DNA of 64,000 bases from a virus, in IMG/VR virus record IMGVR_UViG_3300030117_004654, positions 27,866-91,865 of that record; one strand, 5' to 3'. This document shows positions 47,171 through 55,723 of this stretch, in pieces; within the stretch, counting starts at the first letter, position 1, and the number at the start of each line of letters is the position of its first letter. The position numbers and the translations under genes are program-made. The notes below the pieces were generated by a model, which saw only the letters and a program-made list of their open reading frames with translations, was not told where the DNA came from and made no database searches.

Positions 47171-48841
47171 ATGATTATATGTTATACTGATGCTAACAGA
47201 GCAATAAACTTAAGATGGCGTGATGAAGAGGGGAATAGACAAGAATCTACGATTACAGATTTCGACCCATATTTCTATATCTATGCTTTAGAGGATGAGC
47301 CGGAAGCCTATACCACATCGGTATCGGTCAATGGGAAGCGTATTAAATTAGAATATCCTTTTCGTTATGAAGAAGGTGAATGGTATAATCTTCAGAAAAA
47401 GAAGTTGAAGAAGGTTAAAGTCCTCAAACCTGATGACGTTAAGTATGCTCGTAAGATGTGGCCTAAGACGTATGAGGGGGATGTTCCATTTATTAATCGT
47501 TATTGCGTTGATAATCTAAATGAAATAAAAGAATACAATCTACGTAAATGGTATTGGGATATGGAATGGCTTAATGATGACCCTAATGAGGGGGATGCGA
47601 TTACTGCTATTGTAGTATATGATAACTATGATGATAAGTATATTGTTTACACTTGGAACCCTTACCTTAATGAAGATAAATTTCCTGAATATAATAATAA
47701 TAGTGTAATTTTTACTTTTCATTCTGAATTTGAAATGCTTAGAGGATTTATGAAACAGATTCAGGAATGTGACCCTGATATGCTCATATCATGGTTCGGT
47801 TCAAAATTCGATTTGCCTAAGTTGATTCATAGACTTCATTATAGGGGCATTGACCCAAGAGGGCTTTCTCCTTATAATGATGTAAAGGGGGTTGAAGGTG
47901 GTGAGATTTCTAATTATGTCGATAATTATTCTCCGGTTGGACAACCTATACGCGGTAGAATTGTTCTAAATTTAGACCTCGCTTTTGAGCGTCAATGGAA
48001 TGATTCACAACGCGGTACATTACCGTCATTGGCTCTTGACTTTGTATCGGAATTAGTATTGGATGCTAAGAAGTTAGTATCGCCTAAATTTCCAGATAAG
48101 AATGAATTCTTTAGAAGAGGTTGGTTAGAAGATACTAAAAATTATCTTGAGTATGCAAGAGTAGACGTTGAATTATTGAAACGTTTAGATGATGAAATGG
48201 TTTTATCAGAAGGAGTATTGGCCCTACAAAGATTACTAGTTGCACCATTTGATGCTTGCTTTTACGCATCAAACATGGGTAGTATTTATTTTATGCGTAA
48301 CGCTTGGTGGAAAGCACCAACAGGTGATAAATCTAAAATGCGTGAAGCATACGATGGTGCATTGATTTATGAACCTAAAGAGTATGGTACACAAGGATTA
48401 TATCAGAATGTCGCGGCATTTGATTTTGCAGGTCTATACCCATCAATGATGATTGCTAGAAACATTTCATGGGAAACTAGAAGTCCAACACCAACTGAAT
48501 TTAAAGTAAATATTTCTACTCCAAGAGATTTAAGTCCCATAAAAGAAGAAAAGTGGGTATATTTTAAGACTGATGAGTTAGGTCTTTTACCTCGTTCAGT
48601 TTTAGAGTTAAAAACTTTGCGTGATGAATATAAGCGAAGAAAGAAAAATGCAACCACTGATGCAGAAAAATTAAATTGGGATAATAACCAATTAGCAGTT
48701 AAAAGATTAATGGCGTCATTTTACGGCGTATTGGCCTATCAAGGATTTGGTTGGGCTGATGTTACATTAGCCGCATCAATTACTGCAAGTGCAAGAGAAG
48801 CAACAAGATTAGCGGCATTTACAGCACAGGAGATGGAGTAA
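47171..48841 (+). CDS. polB: Family B DNA polymerase, N-terminal part (exonuclease plus motifs A and B)
   Basis: WDMEW, FDLP, YARVD exonuclease motifs; FDFAGLYPSMMIARNIS; KRLMASFYG. Confidence 0.95.
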   Translation: MIICYTDANRAINLRWRDEEGNRQESTITDFDPYFYIYALEDEPEAYTTSVSVNGKRIKLEYPFRYEEGEWYNLQKKKLKKVKVLKPDDVKYARKMWPKTYEGDVPFINRYCVDNLNEIKEYNLRKWYWDMEWLNDDPNEGDAITAIVVYDNYDDKYIVYTWNPYLNEDKFPEYNNNSVIFTFHSEFEMLRGFMKQIQECDPDMLISWFGSKFDLPKLIHRLHYRGIDPRGLSPYNDVKGVEGGEISNYVDNYSPVGQPIRGRIVLNLDLAFERQWNDSQRGTLPSLALDFVSELVLDAKKLVSPKFPDKNEFFRRGWLEDTKNYLEYARVDVELLKRLDDEMVLSEGVLALQRLLVAPFDACFYASNMGSIYFMRNAWWKAPTGDKSKMREAYDGALIYEPKEYGTQGLYQNVAAFDFAGLYPSMMIARNISWETRSPTPTEFKVNISTPRDLSPIKEEKWVYFKTDELGLLPRSVLELKTLRDEYKRRKKNATTDAEKLNWDNNQLAVKRLMASFYGVLAYQGFGWADVTLAASITASAREATRLAAFTAQEME

Positions 48842-49092
48842 TGGTTAGGCATAAAGTAATTAAAGATAGAATTAATAAAGAAGCAAAAATACTTGGACAA
48901 TTTACTACAAGAGAAATATTAGAAATTCTTAATAATTACCCTAATCAAGATGGTATTATGGGAAGAACCCAATACCACATTGGTACTTCTAGGCTAACTA
49001 ATTTTCTTAGGGCTAACAAAAATATTGGAAAATTACCAAAAGTAAATCCAAAAAATAGAAAAGAATTAAATATATGGGTGTGGAAAGAATGA
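48841..49092 (+). CDS. Putative winged-helix protein (family W) lying between the PolB halves
   Basis: FTTREIL...TSRLTNFLR...IWVW; TAATG and ATGA couplings. Confidence 0.55.
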   Translation: MVRHKVIKDRINKEAKILGQFTTREILEILNNYPNQDGIMGRTQYHIGTSRLTNFLRANKNIGKLPKVNPKNRKELNIWVWKE

Positions 49093-49877
49093 AAGTAGTA
49101 TATGCACATACAGATTCAGTATATATTCCTATTGAAAGTGTAGATAAAGCACAAATAATTTGTAAAGAAATTAATGCTAAGGTACAAGAGGCATTTCCTA
49201 ACATATTAGGTTTGGAAAACCATCCTGTTCAATTAGAATTTGAAAAGTTTTATAAGACATTGGGTGTAGGAATTAAGAAAAATAGAAATGCAGGGTTTAT
49301 ATCTTGGAAAGATGGCTATTACCTTGATGAACCCGAATTTGTTGTAACAGGATATTCAATGAAGAGAAGAAGCGAAAGTAAAATTTGTCGTGATTTTCAA
49401 AAAGAATTGTTGCAAAGGTGGGTTTCTGAAGAAACTCAAGATGAAATAAATACTTTTTGTAAAAGGGTGTTTAATGATACAAAGAAAGGCAGATATGATT
49501 TAACTGATATTGTAAAAAGAAGTAGAGTTAGAAGAAATTTAGATGAATATAAATCTATTTCAGGAGGAATAAGTGGGGTTTGCTATTATAATCAGCATAT
49601 TAACCCTAATAATCCTATTGATGATTCTTTTTTCCATATCCAATGTTCAAATATTATTGGCCCTCAATTTATTATTTTACCAAATGGTAAAGAAAGAAGA
49701 GCAAGTTTTATTGCGGTGAAAGAAATGAAAGAATTTAATGAGAATTATACCCCAGATTGGGGCGCGTATGCCAACGCAATTGTTAAAAAGGCAAAACCTA
49801 TATACGATGCTATGGGTTGGAATGTAAAGGATTTTATGGTAGATGAAAACCAAACAAGTTTAGGAGAGTGGATGTAA
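49089..49877 (+). CDS. polB: Family B DNA polymerase, C-terminal part (motif C plus thumb)
   Basis: MKVVYAHTDSVY, LEFEK, KKNRNAG; C-terminal PIP-like QTSLGEW. Confidence 0.92.
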   Translation: MKVVYAHTDSVYIPIESVDKAQIICKEINAKVQEAFPNILGLENHPVQLEFEKFYKTLGVGIKKNRNAGFISWKDGYYLDEPEFVVTGYSMKRRSESKICRDFQKELLQRWVSEETQDEINTFCKRVFNDTKKGRYDLTDIVKRSRVRRNLDEYKSISGGISGVCYYNQHINPNNPIDDSFFHIQCSNIIGPQFIILPNGKERRASFIAVKEMKEFNENYTPDWGAYANAIVKKAKPIYDAMGWNVKDFMVDENQTSLGEWM

Positions 49878-50801
49878 ATGACATATATAAGAGAATACGG
49901 ACATGAAGGAGAAAATGGAGAATGGGTTAGACCCGTTCCAAAACCAACTGATGAGTTTACTTATCAATGGAATTCAGAATGGGTAGATGACCCATCAAAG
50001 CCAATTTTGAAGATAACTAAATCTTCACTTGGCTCATTTAAGTGGTGTAAACAACAATATGAATATTCATATATTGATAGACGACCTCAAGACCAAACTG
50101 AGGCTATGCTAAAAGGAACTATTTTACATGACTCATATGAGAAGTTTTATGATGATTTAGATATTAAGAAAGCAGAAAATATGACATTTTTTGAATTAAA
50201 GGATTACTTTACATCATTGTTTCCAATTGATGATTATATTGAGTTAAGTGAAACTGTTGCAACATTTGAGGCACAAAGATTTGTTGATGCTAGAGATGCA
50301 GACACCCTAGATAAATTTGTTCCTGTCGGTAATGAATTACAATTAGATGGTCAAATTATGGTCGGGATGAATGATAATCCAAAATATCCTTTAAGTAGAA
50401 ATTATATTGTACATGTTCAAGGTATTATTGATAGAATTTATCAAGAAGGTGATTTCTTTATCCCCTTTGAATTTAAGACAGGGGTTTGGAAGGATAGCAA
50501 AAAAACAACAATGAGAAGAGAAATGTCATTTTACAAAATGTTAATGGAAGCATCTGATGATTGGGAAGGAGATGTTACACATTGGGGTTGGTATTATCCA
50601 GCATCAAATTATGTTGAAGTAGAAGAAGTAAATAAGCGTTCAGAAGGTGCTATGAAAAAAGCAATTGCTGAGTTATTATATGCTTATGAGAATAATACAT
50701 TCCCTCCATCTTATTTTCATAAGAAATGCGTTCATTGTTCCTTTGCAGGTATTTGTCCTGCGGCGGTCGATGCAAATATGAATACAGGTGGTTGGTTATG
50801 A
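49878..50801 (+). CDS. Cas4-like PD-(D/E)XK nuclease
   Basis: WC, GTILH, GIIDRI, EFKTG, CVHCSFAGIC. Confidence 0.85.
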   Translation: MTYIREYGHEGENGEWVRPVPKPTDEFTYQWNSEWVDDPSKPILKITKSSLGSFKWCKQQYEYSYIDRRPQDQTEAMLKGTILHDSYEKFYDDLDIKKAENMTFFELKDYFTSLFPIDDYIELSETVATFEAQRFVDARDADTLDKFVPVGNELQLDGQIMVGMNDNPKYPLSRNYIVHVQGIIDRIYQEGDFFIPFEFKTGVWKDSKKTTMRREMSFYKMLMEASDDWEGDVTHWGWYYPASNYVEVEEVNKRSEGAMKKAIAELLYAYENNTFPPSYFHKKCVHCSFAGICPAAVDANMNTGGWL

Positions 50802-51205
50802 AAGAAAAAATTGATAAGATTGTAAAGGAAGGCAATTGGGAATTTGCTAAATTGCTTAAACTAAAGGAAATTTGTCAAGAATTGGCTGATGAAATGTATA
50901 GTGAGTTATCAACAGAAGAAATTCTAGAGATGGTGTGGCATTCAAAGATTGATGCAGAGAATACTTTTGGTCAAGTAATCCGAATTGAATGTAGAAGGCT
51001 ATTACAAGAAGAATTTATGGATTCTTTTCAAAAGTCATTTGAAACCGCAACAGTCAAATTTGAATCACCTTCTCAAGAAAAGCACACCCAAGAGTCTATA
51101 AATGAAGAACTGCCCCCTCTACCAAAGGCCAAAGAAAACAAACCCCTGAAAACTTTCAAAAGTGATGATGGGACAGATATGCCTAAAGGTGTGAAAAGAG
51201 TATGA
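50798..51205 (+). CDS. Hypothetical protein
   Basis: Likely start MKEKIDK overlapping the previous stop. Confidence 0.65.
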   Translation: MKEKIDKIVKEGNWEFAKLLKLKEICQELADEMYSELSTEEILEMVWHSKIDAENTFGQVIRIECRRLLQEEFMDSFQKSFETATVKFESPSQEKHTQESINEELPPLPKAKENKPLKTFKSDDGTDMPKGVKRV

Positions 51206-52209
51206 AGTTTCCTAGAGAAGTATGGGCAGGTAGTCATTTAACTAGAAAACAACAAATGAAACGACAAATTGTATCTTCAAGGGAAGAATTTAAAGTATTT
51301 CTTGAAAGGTTCAATAATAAAATGAACTGTTATACTAGTGTATATGACTATAAAAGATTTGGTGATAATCAGGCAGTAGTTTCTTCAGTTATACTTGATA
51401 GATTATTTCTTGATTTTGACTCTCATGGTAAGCCATTAGATTTATCTTTACAAGATACTAAATTGGTTGTAAATTATCTAAATGATATGGATTACGAATA
51501 TGAAATATTTTTTAGTGGAAACGGCTTTCATGTTTTTGTTTATGGAGAAGTTTCAGATAATATTAGGGATATTCAACAGTTTTTCTATAAGTTATATCCT
51601 ATTGCAGTAAATGGGACATTAGATAAATCGGGTGTTCAAACGAGAAGATTGCGTAGAATACCTAATACTGTTAATATGAATACTGAAGAGTTTTTATATT
51701 GTATTCCCCTATCAAGGCAACAATTGACTACTATGGATGATATAATTGCTTTAGCAAAGAATCCTCCTTTCTCTTCGCCGTATCGCTATGGAAATCGTAA
51801 GGTCGGGTGGCCTAAAGCCCCCTCTATTGGGAATGCCCCACTAGAAATTAGTGAGGTAAAGAGGGTAGGAAAACTACCAATTCTACCTTGTTTGAATAAT
51901 AGCATAATGGTGGAGAATCCGACACATGAGGCAAGATATTACCTTGTTTCTTGGTTTAGGACATTATTAGCAGAAAATAAGAAATGTTATGATGCTGATA
52001 AAAACGCGCAAATTATGGATATGATAATTGATGAAATTAAAAAAATTGCATCCCATGATAATGTTTGGTTAGATTGGGATGAAGAAACTACACGCTATCA
52101 TTCTTGGTACACTGTAAACAATGATGGTGGGTATATGGCCCCTACTTGTGAAAAATTAATTAGTGAGGGTTATTGTGTAGGAAAATGTTGGAGATTTCCG
52201 GAGGTATGA
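51202..52209 (+). CDS. Archaeo-eukaryotic primase with fused PriL-like Cys domain
   Basis: FLDFD, FSGNGFHV, RLRRIPNT; C-terminal LPC...PTCEKL...YCVGKC. Confidence 0.88.
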   Translation: MKFPREVWAGSHLTRKQQMKRQIVSSREEFKVFLERFNNKMNCYTSVYDYKRFGDNQAVVSSVILDRLFLDFDSHGKPLDLSLQDTKLVVNYLNDMDYEYEIFFSGNGFHVFVYGEVSDNIRDIQQFFYKLYPIAVNGTLDKSGVQTRRLRRIPNTVNMNTEEFLYCIPLSRQQLTTMDDIIALAKNPPFSSPYRYGNRKVGWPKAPSIGNAPLEISEVKRVGKLPILPCLNNSIMVENPTHEARYYLVSWFRTLLAENKKCYDADKNAQIMDMIIDEIKKIASHDNVWLDWDEETTRYHSWYTVNNDGGYMAPTCEKLISEGYCVGKCWRFPEV

Positions 52210-52904
52210 AAATGTTATTAATAGATAGTAGAGAAAATTCTGATTTGGCAAAGTTAATTATAACTAAAGCAAATAGAATGAATATACAACATGAAAAGAA
52301 ATGGCTTGAGGTTGGAGATTATGTTATAGGCGATGTTTGTTTTGAAGCAAAGTCGGCTATGGATTTTCTTAATTCAGTAATTAGTAGAAGAATTTGGACT
52401 CAAGTAGACAATATGGATAGGAGTTATAACAAAAATTTTGTTGTAATTTATGGTTCAGTTGAACAGGCTTTAGGTGCTATGAAATACATTAAGTCATTTA
52501 ATGATGCAAACCCTGAAGCAAAAAAGAATATGTATAGAATGCAATTTAAAGGGGCTATTGGTAGACTTAGATTGGATTATGATATTGGTGTAATATGGAG
52601 AGATAGTGTTGAGGATATAGCAGATGAAATAATAACTTTAGCAAAAATGGCCCCTGTTGACCGAAAGGTTATTATGCCAAGCATTCCTCGTAGAATAGCA
52701 ACGAATGATGTTAGAATTGATATGCTAACTACAATTAAAGGAGTTAGTGAATCAAAGGCTAAAGAATTATTGAAACTTAACGGTTCAATAATGGAAATAG
52801 GCGATAGCAATACAGATGAATTGACTATTGCCAAAGGTATTGGCAACACGGTTGCTGATAGGATACTTGATGTATTAAACTCAGAAAAGAAGGTGAAACA
52901 ATGA
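52206..52904 (+). CDS. XPF/ERCC4 (Hef-like) nuclease with HhH motifs
   Basis: IDSRE, GDYVI, FEAKS..DF..S, IKGVS...A..LL, KGIG. Confidence 0.88.
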   Translation: MKMLLIDSRENSDLAKLIITKANRMNIQHEKKWLEVGDYVIGDVCFEAKSAMDFLNSVISRRIWTQVDNMDRSYNKNFVVIYGSVEQALGAMKYIKSFNDANPEAKKNMYRMQFKGAIGRLRLDYDIGVIWRDSVEDIADEIITLAKMAPVDRKVIMPSIPRRIATNDVRIDMLTTIKGVSESKAKELLKLNGSIMEIGDSNTDELTIAKGIGNTVADRILDVLNSEKKVKQ

Positions 52905-54313
52905 ATACAGATGAAGATGAATACTATGCAATTGAAAATCCAATGGATATACAAGGTGATGAACAGTTACCTAACTTAGTTAGGGATTGGGTAGAAACTT
53001 TTGGTAAGGTTTCTCGTTATAATGAATTCCCTGCAACATTGGCGTATTTTAATATATTAGGAGAAATTATTAAGGATTATGTTTGGATTCCTTATGGATA
53101 TACAATGGAAGATACAAGATTTCATGTAGCGCATATTCAAACAGCAAGAAGTGGGAAGTCGGTTTTAAATGATTTTTATTCACAAATTGTAGAAAAAACA
53201 TTTGAGTATATCAATGCTGTTCATGGTACAGAATTTAATATGTTTGATATTGTAGATTATACAGATGCGGCATTAATTGGTTCAACAAGAAAAGTCCCTA
53301 ATCCAGAATTTGGTGAAGAAGGTGAACCAAGAGAAATTGATGAACAAGTAGATGGTGCGCTTGAAGGTAGCGGAATTGCTTTATTCGATGAGTTTGAAGC
53401 AAGTGGTGTATTTAAGAAAGGGGCGCATAAAGAAAATGTAATTACTTATTTTCAAAAATTAATGAATACATTAACTACTGATGGTTATTTAATTAAAAAG
53501 AAATTAGCACATGGTCCAGTTATTACTTGTGATTGTCAAAGAGCAGTTTGGGCAACAACTTATGTTCCCGAACATTTAACAGAAGTTATTGCAACTAAAG
53601 GTGTGCTTCAACGAATGTTTATGTATGTTAGAGAAGTTCCACAATATATTCTTGATGAAATGAGAAAGACTTTAATTCACGATATTGGTAGCATTAAGAA
53701 AAGAGAAGTGCCTCAAAATAAATTTGCTAAAGCCCTACTAACAATTTTTAATGTTGTAAAGGAAAGAGCAGACCATACTGAAAAATACCAAATGGTTGAA
53801 TTTACTGACGGTATTCACGAATTAATTGAAATGGAATATGATAATATGATTAAGTATTTGAGCAAAGTCCCAGAAGAAGTAAGAAAAATTGTTAGTTTGT
53901 TTGAAACAAATTCACTTATTTATATTACTAAACTTGCAGTATTATGTGCTATTACAGAAACGCCCGGAAGAGCCGAAAATGAAAAATGGAAGGTTTTTCC
54001 GCGTAATGTAAGACAGGCGGCGTGGATTGTCCGACAAGGTTATATGAGTCTTGTTGCTTGGATGATTGTAGCACTTAAGGTTAGGAGAAGTTCTATTGCT
54101 GAAGAAGCGGGACTTCACGACTATATTGAAGCATATAACGCTATGGATAAAAAGGAAGATTGGGTCAATAAGGCAGAGTTAAGAGTATTTTGTGAAGAAT
54201 ATAAAAATATACCCCAAGCGAAATTTTATAGAGTTTGGCCTAAATTAGAACATAAGTTTGATATTAAGAAAGAAGGTAGAACAGTATATGTTAAACTAAA
54301 GGAGGAAAATTAA
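52901..54313 (+). CDS. MCM-like AAA+ replicative helicase (putative)
   Basis: ARSGKS, TDAALIG, FDEFE, GVLQR, FPRN; C-terminal wHTH-like region. Confidence 0.65.
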   Translation: MNTDEDEYYAIENPMDIQGDEQLPNLVRDWVETFGKVSRYNEFPATLAYFNILGEIIKDYVWIPYGYTMEDTRFHVAHIQTARSGKSVLNDFYSQIVEKTFEYINAVHGTEFNMFDIVDYTDAALIGSTRKVPNPEFGEEGEPREIDEQVDGALEGSGIALFDEFEASGVFKKGAHKENVITYFQKLMNTLTTDGYLIKKKLAHGPVITCDCQRAVWATTYVPEHLTEVIATKGVLQRMFMYVREVPQYILDEMRKTLIHDIGSIKKREVPQNKFAKALLTIFNVVKERADHTEKYQMVEFTDGIHELIEMEYDNMIKYLSKVPEEVRKIVSLFETNSLIYITKLAVLCAITETPGRAENEKWKVFPRNVRQAAWIVRQGYMSLVAWMIVALKVRRSSIAEEAGLHDYIEAYNAMDKKEDWVNKAELRVFCEEYKNIPQAKFYRVWPKLEHKFDIKKEGRTVYVKLKEEN

Positions 54314-54314
54314 A

Positions 54315-54554
54315 ATGAAAGTAAGTTATGAGGTAGACTATATTGTTTTTGATGTAACAAAAGGTCCAAAAGCAATAGTTGAAGTTCTAAATGATAGAGG
54401 AACAAAAGGTTGGTATCCAGCAAATAGTGTAAATGTTGCTGGAACCAATTTAGTGTTTTTCTTAGTAAAACCAACGTTTGATATGCCTGAAACAAAATCG
54501 GCAGATGAACAGCATTTAAACAAACTATGGGGAAATAAGTCCGGTAGTGAATAA
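54315..54554 (+). CDS. Small hypothetical protein (DUF4177-like)
   Basis: YEVDYI...LNDRGTKGW...FFLVKP. Confidence 0.5.
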   Translation: MKVSYEVDYIVFDVTKGPKAIVEVLNDRGTKGWYPANSVNVAGTNLVFFLVKPTFDMPETKSADEQHLNKLWGNKSGSE

Positions 54555-55149
54555 TATGGTGGTAGCACTTGATATTGAAACTAAAAACCTTTCTACGGAA
54601 ATCGGTGGTTGGGGTAATACGCATATGTTTCTCGTATCGACGGTGGCAACGTGGGATGGACAAATTGGCAAAATATATGTGGATGAAGATGTAACTGATA
54701 AAATAGTTACTAAATCTAATACACAAGTATTGCCTTTGAGACAACTAAAATATGACTTAGATGATATGCTTAAATCAGGTACTAAGTTATTAGGACACAA
54801 TATTGCTGCATTTGATTTACCTGTTTTAAGAGATTCAATGGATATTTATTGTGTTAGAAAATTCTTATCAGAAGGTCAATATATTGATACTAGTAAAGAA
54901 ATTGTAAAACAATATGGTGAAAGAATTAGCCTTCAAAATCTAGTTGATAACACATTAGGGGAAACTAAATCTTTAGAAAGTATAATGGCCCCTGCTATGT
55001 GGAAATCTGGAGAATATCAAGCAGTAGTAGATTATTGTCTAAAGGATTGTAAGTTGGTATATGATTTGTATAAACATGGATTAGATAATGTAGTAAAGGC
55101 TTTTAGTATAGAGCAAGAAAAAGATGTTGAATTAAAAATGGAATGGTGA
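54547..55149 (+). CDS. DEDD/RNase H-like 3'-5' exonuclease
   Basis: LDIET, GHNIAAFDLPVL, YCLKD. Confidence 0.85.
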   Translation: MNNMVVALDIETKNLSTEIGGWGNTHMFLVSTVATWDGQIGKIYVDEDVTDKIVTKSNTQVLPLRQLKYDLDDMLKSGTKLLGHNIAAFDLPVLRDSMDIYCVRKFLSEGQYIDTSKEIVKQYGERISLQNLVDNTLGETKSLESIMAPAMWKSGEYQAVVDYCLKDCKLVYDLYKHGLDNVVKAFSIEQEKDVELKMEW

Positions 55150-55310
55150 AAAAAAATGGAAACAGGCGAAGTATTTGCATGGTTGATTTTCTCAATTGTA
55201 ATTACCTTATTGTTCTTTGCGGCATTTGGTCAAAGTAATATCACTGAAGACACAATTGAAGAATATATGGAAAACATTATGCAAAAAGTTAGAAGAGGCG
55301 AGAGATAATT

Positions 55311-55496
55311 ATGGGGTTAAAAACTAATTGTCCTAAATGCGGATTGAAAACAATTCCAAGAAGGATAATTGGGGTTTATGTTGGTTCAGCAGACTCTATC
55401 AAAATATGGGAATGTCGAGAGTGTTTAGCACTTTGGACTAATTCACAACATAGACAGAAAATAAAGGTCGGGGAAGTTCACGCTTCCTCGGCCTAA
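55311..55496 (+). CDS. Small Zn-ribbon protein
   Basis: CPKCG...WECRECLALW. Confidence 0.6.
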   Translation: MGLKTNCPKCGLKTIPRRIIGVYVGSADSIKIWECRECLALWTNSQHRQKIKVGEVHASSA

Positions 55497-55508
55497 AATT
55501 TTTTTTTG
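55465..55508 (+). terminator. Hairpin plus poly-T ending the plus-strand block
   Basis: aggtcggggaag-ttcacg-cttcctcggcct followed by a T run. Confidence 0.7.
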
Positions 55509-55723
55509 GTTATTTTTAACGTGTTATTTTTTGGGGTCATTTTGTAACACATTTTTTGACCTCTGATATTGTGGTTTTGACCCCTTCAGATTTGCCCCTT
55601 AGAGGGGTCAGGGATGCCCTGTAAGGCTCTCCTTTGAATCAGGGGTTGTCCACCTACCACCACTGATTTAGAGGGCTTGTAATGCTAGTATATGGGGCTA
55701 AGTTTTTAATTCATTTTAAACTA

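Noticed and set aside
48841-49092. Intein or self-splicing intron within polB
   Set aside because: There is a stop codon and a new coupled start, no intein terminal residues, and no evident intron structure
49878-50801. Cas4-like gene as evidence of a CRISPR-Cas system
   Set aside because: Solo Cas4-like nucleases are common in archaeal virus replication modules; no cas1/cas2 or array is present
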